64,000 nt of DNA from positions 56,301 through 120,300 of the forward strand of contig JAJZIH010000003.1 in assembly GCA_021810635.1 (NCBI GenBank), read 5' to 3'. A program made the translations under genes and the position numbers. This document shows positions 48,610-59,300 of this stretch, one piece after another; position 1 is the first letter of the stretch, and the number at the start of each line of letters is the position of its first letter. Origin of the DNA: Pseudomonadota bacterium. GTDB lineage: Bacteria > Pseudomonadota > Gammaproteobacteria > JAKAQQ01. The notes beneath the pieces were generated by a model. The model was not told where the DNA came from and did not search any database. It saw only the letters and a list, made by a program, of their open reading frames with translations.

Positions 48610-49438
48610 GCACCGGCCCCGGAAACGCTTCGGGCAGCATTTCCTTCACGATCCCGCCGTCCGCTCGCGCATCGTCGCGGCCGTGTCACCCGAGCCGGGA
48701 CAAGTCATCGTGGAGATCGGACCCGGGCACGGAGCCCTGACCGACGGACTCCTCGAACACGTCGGGCACCTGTGGGCGGTCGAGATCGACCGCGATCTCG
48801 CCGCCGAGCTAGAGCTCCGCCACGGACCCCGCCTGACCCTCCACCCGGGAGATGCGTTGAAGGTCGATTTCGGCTCCTGGCCCGGCCCCTCGCCTTTCCG
48901 GGTCGTCGGAAACCTGCCCTACAACATCGCCACGCCGCTCATCGCGCATCTGGCCGCAACCAAGGCCCGGATCCGCGACCTTCATCTCATGGTGCAGCGG
49001 GAAGTGGGGGAGCGGATGCTGGCCGGGCCGGGCGAACCCGCCTACGGGAGACTGTCCATTTTCACGGGCTATCACTTCAGGGTCGAACGTCTCTTTCCCG
49101 TGGGTCGGGGGGCGTTCTCACCGCCTCCCCAGGTCGAATCCGTCGTCTTGAGACTGGAACCAAAGGCCCAGCCCCCCTTTCCCACGGGGGACGAACGGCA
49201 GTTCTTCGAACTCGTCTTCCGGGCCTTTCACCGTCGCCGCAAAATGATCCGGAATGCCTTGGGCGGCACCGTGCCCGCCGAGCTCTGGGAGAAAGCCCGC
49301 ATCGACCCCCGGGCCCGTCCGGAGACCCTGCCTCCGGAGGCCTTCGCCCGGCTGGCTGATCTCCTCAGCGGGGAGCCGGACTTTTGGGCGCGACCGGGAG
49401 CGGGGGACCCCCGCCCACAGGTTCCCGGCTGCGGATGA
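48593..49438 (+). CDS. rsmA: 16S rRNA dimethyladenosine transferase KsgA
   Basis: RKRFGQHFL, EIGPG.GALT, EIDRDL, VGNLPYNI, MVQREV, YGRLS. Confidence 0.97.
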   Translation: MPKSTRHRPRKRFGQHFLHDPAVRSRIVAAVSPEPGQVIVEIGPGHGALTDGLLEHVGHLWAVEIDRDLAAELELRHGPRLTLHPGDALKVDFGSWPGPSPFRVVGNLPYNIATPLIAHLAATKARIRDLHLMVQREVGERMLAGPGEPAYGRLSIFTGYHFRVERLFPVGRGAFSPPPQVESVVLRLEPKAQPPFPTGDERQFFELVFRAFHRRRKMIRNALGGTVPAELWEKARIDPRARPETLPPEAFARLADLLSGEPDFWARPGAGDPRPQVPGCG

Positions 49439-50327
49439 TTTCCAAGGCGGTGGCAATGAAGGAACCGACATTGCCCATTTCCGCGGGAATGAGGACCGTG
49501 GTCGACTGCTTGGCCAAATTGCCCCACTGGCTGATGAAATCGCGGGCCACCTGCAACTGCAGAGCTTCCATCCCTCCCGGCAGGACCGTGGCCTGGCCGA
49601 TGGTGGAGATGGCCTGGGCCGTGGCCTCGGCCACGAGCTGGATGGCCTGTGCCTGGCCTTGCGCCCGGAGGATTTCCGACTGTCTCTGCCCTTCGGCCAC
49701 ATTGATGGCCTGCTGTCTCTGGCCTTCAGACACGTTGATCTGCTGCTGCCGCTCGCCTTCCGAACGGGCGACCACAGCGCGGCGCTCGCGCTCCGCCGTA
49801 ATCTGGAGCTCCATGGCTCTCAGGATCTCGTTGGGCGGTGTTATGTCCTTGATCTCGTAACGCAGGATCTTCATCCCCCACGTGGCCCCCGCCTCGTCCA
49901 GCACGGTCACCACGGCTGCATTGAGCTGCTGGCGGGAACTCAGGCACTCGTCGAGATGCAGCTTGCCGATCTCGGCGCGCATGCTAGTCTGGGCCAGCTG
50001 GACCACCGCCATGATGGGATTGGATGAGCCGTAGGCCGCCAGTTTCGCGTCCGTGACCTGGATATACATGATCCCGTCCACCGAAACCTGCGTATTGTCC
50101 TTCGTGATACAGATCTGGGCCGGCACTTCCATCGGGGTTTCCCGGAGATCGAAGCGGAACCGGACGAGATCCACGAACGGGACAATGACGTTGAGCCCGG
50201 GTTCAAGCGTGCGGAGGTAGCGTCCGATGCGCTCGACGACCCAGGAATGCTGCTGCGGGACCACCCGGACCCCGCTGACCACCACCACGATGGCCAGAAC
50301 GATGATGACAATGACGAAAATCGACAT
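49365..50327 (-). CDS. SPFH/band-7 (QmcA/paraslipin-like) membrane protein
   Basis: VVER.GRY..TL.PGL, Q.CITKDN.QV.VDG, QLAQT.MR.EIGK, WG.KILRYEIKDI.PP. Confidence 0.93.
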   Translation of the reverse strand: MSIFVIVIIVLAIVVVVSGVRVVPQQHSWVVERIGRYLRTLEPGLNVIVPFVDLVRFRFDLRETPMEVPAQICITKDNTQVSVDGIMYIQVTDAKLAAYGSSNPIMAVVQLAQTSMRAEIGKLHLDECLSSRQQLNAAVVTVLDEAGATWGMKILRYEIKDITPPNEILRAMELQITAERERRAVVARSEGERQQQINVSEGQRQQAINVAEGQRQSEILRAQGQAQAIQLVAEATAQAISTIGQATVLPGGMEALQLQVARDFISQWGNLAKQSTTVLIPAEMGNVGSFIATALEIIRSREPVGGGPPLPVAPKSPAPR

Positions 50328-50336
50328 GGGGGATCC

Positions 50337-50771
50337 TCAGTGGGGAGCGGGAGAAAAGGGGGCCACCTGCAGGCGGTTGCCGACCCGGGAAACGATCCGG
50401 AGTTCACGGCCGGGTTCCACGGCCGTAGGCTCGGTCAGCTCGGCCAGCCACAGGGTATCCCGGTAACGGACCTCGAGCGAATGGGGTGACACGCTGACCA
50501 CCACCACGCGCTGTCCGCCGTCGATGTTCGTGGCATCCGAGGAGGCCCGGTTACGCAGGGCCCGCCGAGTATACTCGGCGACGGGCAGAAGGAGCACCGC
50601 GAAGAGGGCGAACCAGCCGATGGCCCCCAGTCCGCCCGGCGCGAAAAAGAGGTCGATCAGGCTCACGAGGAGCAAGGCGATGCCGAGCGCGGCCAGATAA
50701 AAGGTTTGGGTCGGGATCTCGAAGACGAAAAGCACGAGAGCGAGAGTCAGAGGGACATACCATTCGGCCAT
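50337..50771 (-). CDS. NfeD-family membrane protein
   Basis: N-terminal TM helices plus OB-fold tail (V.Y..T.W.A...G.RL.V); adjacent to the SPFH gene. Confidence 0.8.
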   Translation of the reverse strand: MAEWYVPLTLALVLFVFEIPTQTFYLAALGIALLLVSLIDLFFAPGGLGAIGWFALFAVLLLPVAEYTRRALRNRASSDATNIDGGQRVVVVSVSPHSLEVRYRDTLWLAELTEPTAVEPGRELRIVSRVGNRLQVAPFSPAPH

Positions 50772-50984
50772 GGGCAAAGCTCCGGGTTCAGGCCTCACGA
50801 TTCAGGTCGGCGGATCCGTACGCGGCCCCATCGTAACACAAACACATGGCGGGCCCGGGATCCGGCCTCGGGGATGCCACAGCGTCTAAAATGGGGCCAT
50901 GGACAGCCCCGAGACCCCCACCGTGCTGCCGTCGCCCGCGCGCATCCCAGTCAATCCACCCGCGGATCCGCGCCACCCCGGCCA

Positions 50985-51818
50985 ATGAGAACCTTCGCGA
51001 TCGGTGATCTCCAAGGGCTCCATCGTGCGTTCATGCAGCTGCTCGAACGCATCGGATTCAACCCGGAAGGCGACATCCTCTGGTTCTGCGGGGACCTGGT
51101 CAACCGGGGACCGGATTCCCTCGAGGTCCTGCGCTTCGTCTACCGCCTGGGTGAACGGGCCCTTGTCGTCCTCGGCAACCACGACCTCTATTTGCTGCGC
51201 GTCGCAGCCGATCCGGCCCAGGCGCCCGCCGTCGATCCTTCGCTCCGGCCGATCCTCGACGCCCCGGACCGTGACGAGCTTCTCGACTGGCTGCGCCACC
51301 GTCCCCTGCTCCATCACGATCCGGTCCTGGGCTTTACCCTGGTCCACGCGGGACTCCCCCCTCTCTGGGACCTCGAGCAGGCCACCCGGCAGGCCCGTGC
51401 GGTCGAACGGGTGATCCAGAGCAACCACTGGAAAGTGACTCTCCCGACCCTCTTCGGGAACGAGCCCGCAGCCTGGCATGAGGGACTTCCTGACATCGAG
51501 GCGAACCGTTTCACGGTCAATGCCCTGACCCGTATGCGCTTTGTCACCTCCACCGGAAAACTGGACTTCCGGCACAAGGGTCCGCCGGGGAGCCAGCCGG
51601 ACGGGTTATATCCATGGTTCGAGATCCCAAACCGGCGAGGCCGCGACCTCCATATCGTGTTCGGACACTGGTCGGCTTTGGGCGACATCCGGGCTCCCAA
51701 CGTCTATCCCCTGGATGGGGGCTGTCTCTGGGGAGGGTCGCTGCGCGCCATGCGCCTCGACGGGGAGAGTCACCTGATCGAGATTCCCTGCCCCGACCGT
51801 ACGACTCCGGGCACGTGA
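50985..51818 (+). CDS. apaH: Symmetrical bis(5'-nucleosyl)-tetraphosphatase
   Basis: AIGDLQG, GDLVNRGPDSL, LGNHD, VHAG, TRMRF, VFGHWSALG, LDGGCLWGG. Confidence 0.96.
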   Translation: MRTFAIGDLQGLHRAFMQLLERIGFNPEGDILWFCGDLVNRGPDSLEVLRFVYRLGERALVVLGNHDLYLLRVAADPAQAPAVDPSLRPILDAPDRDELLDWLRHRPLLHHDPVLGFTLVHAGLPPLWDLEQATRQARAVERVIQSNHWKVTLPTLFGNEPAAWHEGLPDIEANRFTVNALTRMRFVTSTGKLDFRHKGPPGSQPDGLYPWFEIPNRRGRDLHIVFGHWSALGDIRAPNVYPLDGGCLWGGSLRAMRLDGESHLIEIPCPDRTTPGT

Positions 51819-51869
51819 CCGGACCCGATCGGGTCCTTTCGTTTTCAGATGCAAGATCGTCTGATCGCG

Positions 51870-52220
51870 TCCCCGATCCTTCCGGCCCCCCGTTCGAGCG
51901 CCCACCGCCCTCCCGAATCTCGCGCCAAAGCGCCGATCCCTCCTGTCTTCAAACGCTCCTAGTCGCGGCGCAGGCTGCGCGCAGAGTAATCGAACGATCG
52001 GGCGATCTCGGTTTGACTCGCATATCCCGATTCACACAACGTGATCATCGCGTACGCTTGTGCCGCCCGACCCTCCACATCGTAGTGGGCGAACACGACG
52101 CCGCGCACGCAGATCACTCGCTGGCTTCCCCTGGTCCGAAAAGAAACGCGGTCGCTGACATCGACCGTGCTACCGGACGGAGCGGCCAATGACTCGCACT
52201 CTTCCTGTTGCGGATCCACG
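51870..52220 (-). pseudogene. Putative transposase N-terminal remnant (HTH)
   Basis: AQAYAMITLCESGYASQTEIARSFDYSARSLRRD*ERLKTGGIGAL resembles HTH N-termini of large putative transposases; internal stop. Confidence 0.55.
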
Positions 52221-52519
52221 GTAGACCCTCCTGACAGGCCCTGAAATCGGACAGATTCCGGTCCCCACGTTCGCACCGATCACGGGCCACCCCGACTCCT
52301 CATCGGGCCCGGCCCTCCGACAAACGTAAAACCCTCTATCGCAAGCGCCGACGTGCATCCGGCAGATTGCTCAATCTGAAAAAGCGGACAGGTTTTGGTC
52401 CGCACCCGGTCCTCGCGTATCCCCCGTTTCCCGGGGCGTTTATTGGGGGTAGATCAGGAGGGCTGGACCTATTCAGAAAGCCCCTACCCAGAAGGGTTTG
52501 CTCAGGTCTTCGCTTGACG

Positions 52520-53198
52520 ACGCTACCAATTCTTTGCCTGGTTCGGCCAGGAACGCGGCGCGCTCATCGAATTCGTCTGCTCGGACAGGTGGAAGCCCTA
52601 TCTGAACGTCATCGCTCGGCACGCCCCCCAGGCCCTGAACATTCTGGATCGCTACCATATGGCCGCCAAGATGAACCAAGCGATCGATGCGGTGCGCGCG
52701 CAGGAAACGCGCACCCTGAAACGCCTCACTCACGGGGCGAAGGTGATCCTCACGCATTCGCGCTGGTGCCTCTTGAAGCGCCCCGAGAACTTGACCGAGA
52801 ACTAGGCGATCTAGCTGAAGGACCTGCTCTCGTACAACCTGAAATCCATACGGGCTTGTCTCCTCAAGGAAGAGTTCCAACTGTTTGGGGAGTAGGTCTC
52901 GCCGGCATGGGCGGAAAAATTCATGGACCAATGGTGCAAGAAGGTCATGCGCTCGCGCCTGGAACCCATGAAGAAGATCGCGCGCCTGGTGCGTGTTCAC
53001 AAGCCGCTGATCTTGCACTGGTTCGCAGCCCGCGATGAGGTTTCTCTCGGTGCCGTCGAAGGCCTGAACAACAAACTCAAGGCGAGTATCAGGACATCCG
53101 ATGGATTTCGCACCCCAAAAGCCATAAAGATCATGCTTTGTCATAAGCATGGGGCGCTACCAGCGCCACAGCTCACCCACTGATTCTGCTGAGGAACC
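52520..53198 (+). mobile_element. ISL3-family transposase C-terminal pseudogene with right end
   Basis: FVCSD.WKPYL, LDRYH, RWCLLKRPENLT, MRSRLEPMKK, GAVEGLNNK.K, GFRT; several stops; ends ...TTCTGCTGAGGAACC. Confidence 0.88.
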
Positions 53199-53274
53199 AC
53201 TTTTCCTACGGGGTTCTGTGCTAGCATTCCTTGTGTGGTTCAATTTCAACCTCTTTGATGATTGAGTCATAACC

Positions 53275-53640
53275 TTGAAACGGCGCCGGAAAAGCATCCT
53301 GTCTTCGCTGCTGACAACCACCGTGCTGGCGCTGTCGCTGTGGACGCCGTACTGCCTTGCCATGCAGGCGCTGCCGTCGGCAGCTGCTGTGCATTGTTCC
53401 CGGGACATGTGCACTCCGTCGGAGATGAATCAGCATTGTGCACAACTGCAGGCGACTGCAAGCTACCTGGGCGCCCGGGCGGCGAGTGTCAGCATGCCAG
53501 ACTGGCGGCCACTCGCGACCGTCGTTCCGGTCTCCCTCGCGCCAGCCTGCCGCATGCAGGCGCACCCCGGCTCTTTTGTGGATTTTTCTCCGCCCTCCCT
53601 TCTGCCGCTCAATCTGCGTTATTGCGTTTTTTTGAAATAG
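53275..53640 (+). CDS. Small Cys/His-containing exported or leader protein upstream of the metal efflux operon
   Basis: Basic N-terminus plus hydrophobic stretch; HCSRDMC, HC; C-terminus PPSLLPLNLRYCVFLK. Confidence 0.6.
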   Translation: MKRRRKSILSSLLTTTVLALSLWTPYCLAMQALPSAAAVHCSRDMCTPSEMNQHCAQLQATASYLGARAASVSMPDWRPLATVVPVSLAPACRMQAHPGSFVDFSPPSLLPLNLRYCVFLK

Positions 53641-53711
53641 CGAGTTCCTGAAACCAGACCGGCGCCTGTCTTGCGACAGGCAAGTTGTGTCCTGAATCGA
53701 GGAACCGTTCC

Positions 53712-55001
53712 ATGCGTATTACATCCCGTATTTTCCCCACGCTCGCCGCCGTGGCTACGGTGCTGCTGCTGTTCGCCGCATCCGCCACCGTGCCGGCGTC
53801 GTCCGCACCCCTGCCTGCGCCGTTGACGCTCGCAGAGGCACAAGCGCGGCTTGCGCGCGTCAACCCGGCCGTGCTTGGTGCCGCGCAGTCGCAGGAAGCG
53901 CTGCAGCATCAGGCGGTGGCAGCTTCCCAGCTTCCCGATCCGGAACTCGGGTTGATGGCACAGAACTTTCCGGCCAACAGTCTCTCATCGCCTTCAGAGG
54001 GGCCAAACGCCATGTTGAGCCTCGGCATCAGCCAGCGTCTGCCGGCCTTCGGCCAGCGCAAGCACCGGGGTAAGGAGTTGCAGGCGGAAAGCCAGGCGGC
54101 GTTCTACGGTGCCGCTGCCGACAGAACAAAGAATTCCCTGGCACTGCAACTTGGGTGGTTCGATGTCATCTACGCCGGGCAGGCGCTCGAGGTGCTGCGT
54201 ACCCAGCGCGAACTGGAGAGCGAGAGCATTCAGGCCGCACTGGCGCGCTTTCGCGCCGGCTCCGCCCCGGAAGCCGACGTCCTGCGGGCCAGACTGGACG
54301 AGCAGGCGCTGGCCAATCGCCTTTTCCAGGTTCAGGCCTTGCGCACCGCCGCCCGCGCCAGAATCGCAGAATTGCTCAATGCACAGGAACTTCCCGAACT
54401 CGCGGCGGGTTGGCCGGTGATTCCCGAGCCGCCGGCATTGGCAACCATCGAGAACGGTCTGACCGGCAACCCGCTACTGCGCCAGTCCGAGGCGCTCAAC
54501 CGCGCCGCCAGCGAGGGCGTGGAAGTTGCCCAAAGCGAATACTACCCCGATATCACGGTGTTCGGCGCCTATGGCAAAAGCTATTACCCGGGCATGCCCA
54601 ACCAGTTGACGCTGGGCATCGACGTCAGTCTGCCGATTTTCACCAGCCGGCGCCAGGATCAAACGCTGGATGCCGCGCGCGCCAGGGCGCGCGCCTCCGG
54701 CTATGCGTACCTGCAACGGTCGCTCTCCATGCTGCAGCGTACGCGCAGCCTGTTTGCCCAATATGCATCGCTAAAGACACAGCTCGACCGCACGCGGGAT
54801 GTGCTGCGGCCCACGGCGAAAGCCGCCTATGCGGCGGCGCTGGCCGCCTACACGGCAGGTCAGACCGACATGACCGGACTGCTCCGAACCCAGCAGGCGG
54901 TTCTGGAATACGCCCTGGATGACATTCAACTGCGCCGCGAGCTCCTGAGTACCCAGGCGGAGCTCGATTATCTGGCGACACACGTGGAGAGCCAGCCATG
55001 A
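53712..55001 (+). CDS. TolC-family outer membrane factor, heavy-metal type (CusC role)
   Basis: Signal peptide; A..LPDPEL, GISQ.LP..G.R, A.SEYYPD, SLPIF...RQ. Confidence 0.9.
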   Translation: MRITSRIFPTLAAVATVLLLFAASATVPASSAPLPAPLTLAEAQARLARVNPAVLGAAQSQEALQHQAVAASQLPDPELGLMAQNFPANSLSSPSEGPNAMLSLGISQRLPAFGQRKHRGKELQAESQAAFYGAAADRTKNSLALQLGWFDVIYAGQALEVLRTQRELESESIQAALARFRAGSAPEADVLRARLDEQALANRLFQVQALRTAARARIAELLNAQELPELAAGWPVIPEPPALATIENGLTGNPLLRQSEALNRAASEGVEVAQSEYYPDITVFGAYGKSYYPGMPNQLTLGIDVSLPIFTSRRQDQTLDAARARARASGYAYLQRSLSMLQRTRSLFAQYASLKTQLDRTRDVLRPTAKAAYAAALAAYTAGQTDMTGLLRTQQAVLEYALDDIQLRRELLSTQAELDYLATHVESQP

Positions 55002-56338
55002 ACTGGAAAAGGATCGTCTTTATTCTTGCGGCCGCCGCCTTGTTCGGCACGGGTCTCGCCATCGGCGTCATGTGGCACGCTGGCGCATACTTGTCAGGCA
55101 CCGGGGGGTCTCGGTCCGCGCCCACAAAAAACAGTAAGGCAACCTACCCGGAAAACTCCGCCCGTCGCGTGCTGTACTGGGTGAGTGCCATGAATCCAAA
55201 GCAGCGCTTTGACCACCCCGGCAAGGACAGCATGGGCATGGACTATGTGCCCGTGTACGCGCCCGCCGCCGTTTCCGCCAAGCCGGAGGCAGGACTCGCG
55301 GTGAGTCCGCGCATGGTACAGACCCTGGGCGTGCGCCTGGTGACGGTGCAGCCCCGCCGATTGGGCCAAGAAGTCCACAGCGTGGGTATCGTGACGGTGG
55401 ATGGAAACCGCCGGTATGACGTGAATCTGCGTGTGTCAGGCTGGATGACGGATCTCCGGGTACGCGCCGTGGGCGATGCCGTGCGGCGCGGACAAGTTCT
55501 GGCGAAACTCTATTCGCCGAAACTGTATGCGGCCCAGAATGAATATCTGATCGCACGCGGCCAGTCGCGGCTTCTGGCCAACGGAGCCCTTGAGCGGGCG
55601 GCGGTCGAGAAGCTCGAGCTCCTCGGCATGACGCGCACGCAGATCGCGGTCCTGGCTGCGCGGGGCAAGGCACGGAAACTCATGTCGGTTCTCTCGCCTG
55701 TCGACGGCACCGTGCTCGCGCTCGGCACGCGCACCGGCGGCTACGTCACGCCGGGCATGACGCTGTTCAAGCTCGCCGATCTCAACCGAGTCTGGGTAAA
55801 GGTCGCGCTTTACAGCTACCAACTGCCCTGGGTCACGCTGGGCGATCCGGTGCATCTGCAACTCGCCCATGATCCCGCCAAAGTCTGGAACGGGCGCGTG
55901 AGCTTCCTGTATCCGATGCTTAACGAGACGAATCGCACGCTGGAGGCCCGCCTCACGGTCGACAATCCCGCGGGAATGCTACGCCCGGGGATGTATGTGA
56001 ATGCCACGCTGCTCGGTACGCCGCGCACCGCGCTCGCCCTCCCCGCCGACGCGGTGCTGCGCTCTGCACAAGGCAACTACGTGATGGTGGCTGAGGGACA
56101 AGGCCGCTTCCTCCCGACCCAGGTGGCACTTGGTCCCGAGTCCGGTGGCTGGGTGGAGATCAGGGCGGGGCTCAAGGATGGCGAGCAGGTGGTGGAAAGC
56201 GCCCAGTTCTTGCTGTACGCGGAATCCCAGGTGCAGCAGCTTAACGCGCGCCTTCTGGGTCCCACGTCCGCCCCACCCAAGAAGCAGCCAAAGATGCTGC
56301 CGATGCCGGGCATGCCGCCGAAAGGAGCGCAGCCATGA
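54998..56338 (+). CDS. cusB: CusB-like periplasmic adaptor with Met-rich metal-binding segment
   Basis: LYWVSAMNP..RFDHPGKDSMGMDYVPVY, LYSP.L.AAQ.EYL, LRPGMY, Met-rich tail. Confidence 0.88.
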   Translation: MNWKRIVFILAAAALFGTGLAIGVMWHAGAYLSGTGGSRSAPTKNSKATYPENSARRVLYWVSAMNPKQRFDHPGKDSMGMDYVPVYAPAAVSAKPEAGLAVSPRMVQTLGVRLVTVQPRRLGQEVHSVGIVTVDGNRRYDVNLRVSGWMTDLRVRAVGDAVRRGQVLAKLYSPKLYAAQNEYLIARGQSRLLANGALERAAVEKLELLGMTRTQIAVLAARGKARKLMSVLSPVDGTVLALGTRTGGYVTPGMTLFKLADLNRVWVKVALYSYQLPWVTLGDPVHLQLAHDPAKVWNGRVSFLYPMLNETNRTLEARLTVDNPAGMLRPGMYVNATLLGTPRTALALPADAVLRSAQGNYVMVAEGQGRFLPTQVALGPESGGWVEIRAGLKDGEQVVESAQFLLYAESQVQQLNARLLGPTSAPPKKQPKMLPMPGMPPKGAQP

Positions 56339-59300
56339 TTCGCCGCCTCATCGAGACCTGCCTGGATAACCGCCATCTCGTCATGCTGGCTGCTCTCGCA
56401 TTGCTGCTGGTCGGCATTCTGGCGGTCATGCACATACCGCTCGAGGCCATTCCCGATATTTCACCGACCCAGGTGATCGTGAAGACCTCCTATCCCGGAC
56501 AGGCGCCCCAGGTGGTGCAAGACCAGGTGACCTATCCCATCGAAGCCCTGCTGATGTCGGTGCCGGGACGGCAGGCGGTGCGTGGCTATTCCATGTTCGG
56601 CGATTCTTACGTGTACGTTATCTTCAAGGGTGGCACGAAGATCCGGCAAGCCCGCAACCTGGTGCTGCAGTACCTGAGTCAGGTCCAGGCGAAACTGCCT
56701 CCCGGGGTCACGCCGGCGCTGGGTCCGGAAAGCTCCGGCGTGGACTGGATTTACGAGTACGCCCTCACGGACCCGAGCGGCACGCTGAATCTCGCGGATC
56801 TGACCACGTTGCAGAACTGGTTTCTCAAATACCAGTTGCAGGCCATTCCCGGAGTGGCGGAAGTGGCGACCGTGGGCGGCATGGTGAAGGAATACCAGGT
56901 GGTGGTGGACCCCAACAAACTGCTGGCTTACCACATCACCCTGCCGCAGGTAGAGGCCGCTATTCGCGCGGCGAACGGCGAAACCAGTGGCTCGGTGGTA
57001 GACATGGGCGGCGCCACCTACATGGTCCGCACTTCGGGCTACGTCCGCAATCTCGGCGATCTTGAGAGCGCTCCGCTCGCCGTGCGCGACGGCATCCCCA
57101 TCACCCTGCGCGACATCGGCCGCGTCCAGTACGGTCCGCAACTGCCCAACGGCGTCGCCGACCTGAACGGCCGGGGGCAGGTGGTGGGCGGCATCGTCAT
57201 GATGCTTCAGGGGGAGAATGCCTACACCATCATCCAGCAGGTTGAGAACAAGCTCGCGACGTTGCGGGCATCTTTGCCCAAGGGGGTGAAGATCGTCACC
57301 ACCTACAGCCAGCGTCCGCTGATCTCGAGAAGCATTCACACCCTGAGCAAAAAACTGCTTGAAGAATTCCTCGTCGTCGCGCTGGTGTCGCTGCTGTTCC
57401 TCTTCCGCGTCCGCTCCGCGCTGGTGGCCATCGTGGCGCTGCCGCTCGGCGTGCTGATGGCGTTCATCGTGATGTGGGCGCAAGCCGTCCCGGCCAACAT
57501 CATGTCGCTCGGCGGCATCGCCATCGCCATCGGCGCCATGGTGGATGCCGCCATTGTCATGATCGAGAACATGCACAAGCATGTGGAGAAATCGCCGCAC
57601 GCCGACCCCTGGGCTCTGGCGCGTCAGGCCGCGGCAGAAGTCGGCCCAGCGCTGTTCTTTTCGCTTTTGATCATCGCCGTGTCGTTCCTGCCGGTATTCG
57701 CGCTCGGCGGAGAGGAGGGCAAGCTGTTCCGTCCGCTGGCTTTCACCAAGACATACTCCATGACCGCGGCGGCGCTTTTGTCGGTGACGCTGGTACCGAT
57801 CCTGATGGCGTATTTCATCCGCGGGCGGATTGCTCCGGAGCACCGGAACCCGCTGAACCGGGTGCTGGCGCGTCTATACCGGCCGGTCATTTCGCTCGCC
57901 CTGCGTTACCCCTGGTACATACTGGGCGCCGGAGCGTTGCTGCTCGGCAGCCTCGTCGTGCCCTGGAAGTACCTGCAGTCGGAATTCATGCCGCCGCTCG
58001 AGGAGGGCACGCTGCTGTACATGCCCATCAGCCAGGACCCGTCCATTTCCATCGGCGAAGCCGCCTATATCCTCCAACTGACCGATCGCATCATCAAGAA
58101 ATTCCCCGAGGTGGAAACGGTATTCGGGCAGGTGGGACGTGCGCAAACCGCCACCGATACCGCACCCATGTCCATGTATGACACCACAGTGACACTCAAG
58201 GATCCGGGCAAATGGCCACGGGCGCTGACGATGCACGAGCTGGTGGACAAGCTCAATCGCGCGCTCAACATCCCCGGCTTGTCCAATATCTGGGTACAGC
58301 CGATTCAGAACCGGGTGCAAATGCTGACCACCGGATTGCAGACGCCGCTGGGCATCAAGGTGGCAGGCCCGGATCTGGTCACGCTGAATTATCTTGGGAC
58401 CGAGATCCAGACGGCGCTCGAAAAGGTACCCGGTGCCCGGACCGTGTACGCCACCAAGGCCATTGGTGGACGTTACATCGTGATCCACACGGACCGCCTG
58501 GCAGCCGCACGCTACGGTTTGTCCGTCGCAGACATCAACCGGTTCGTTGAAACCGCCATCGGCGGGGAACCGGTGGCCACCGCCGTCAACGGCCTGGAGC
58601 GCTTCCCCATTGTTCTGCGCTATCCGCGAAAATTGCGCCAGTCTCTCTCGGCCCTGCAAGCGAGCCGCGTGGCCACGCCCTCGGGCGCGCAGATTCCGCT
58701 GGCGGAGCTGGCGGACCTCCGCATTGAGGACGGTCCGCCGATGCTCACCAGCGATAACGCGCAGTTGAACAACTGGGTCTATATCGATCTCAAACCCGGC
58801 ACCGGCATCGGGGGATTCGTGCACGCGGCGCAGCGGACGCTCGCCAACACCCTGCGCCTGCCTGCGGGTTACACCCTGTCCTGGGTGGGGCAGTATCAGG
58901 CCATGCAGCAGGCAGCGCAGCGACTGAAATTGTTGATCCCGGCGGTGATCGTCTTGGTCGCGTTGCTGCTGTACTTCAATTTCAGGAATTTTACGGAAGT
59001 GGCGATCATCCTGTTGACACTGCCGCTGTCGCTGGTGGGGGGGTTCTGGCTGGTGTATCTGCTGGATTACAAACTCTCGGTCGCCGTGGCCGTTGGGTTT
59101 ATTGCGCTCGCCGGTGTGGCCTCTGAATTCGGCGTGGTGATGCTGCTATACCTGGACCTGTCGGTTACAACCCGGCGATCCGAGGGCCGGCTCAATACCC
59201 CTGAGGACCTCCATCAGGCCGTTATCGAGGGAACGCTGCTGCGCCTGCGGCCCATGGCGATGACTTTCGCGACGGTGGTGGCGGGCCTCCTGCCTATCAT

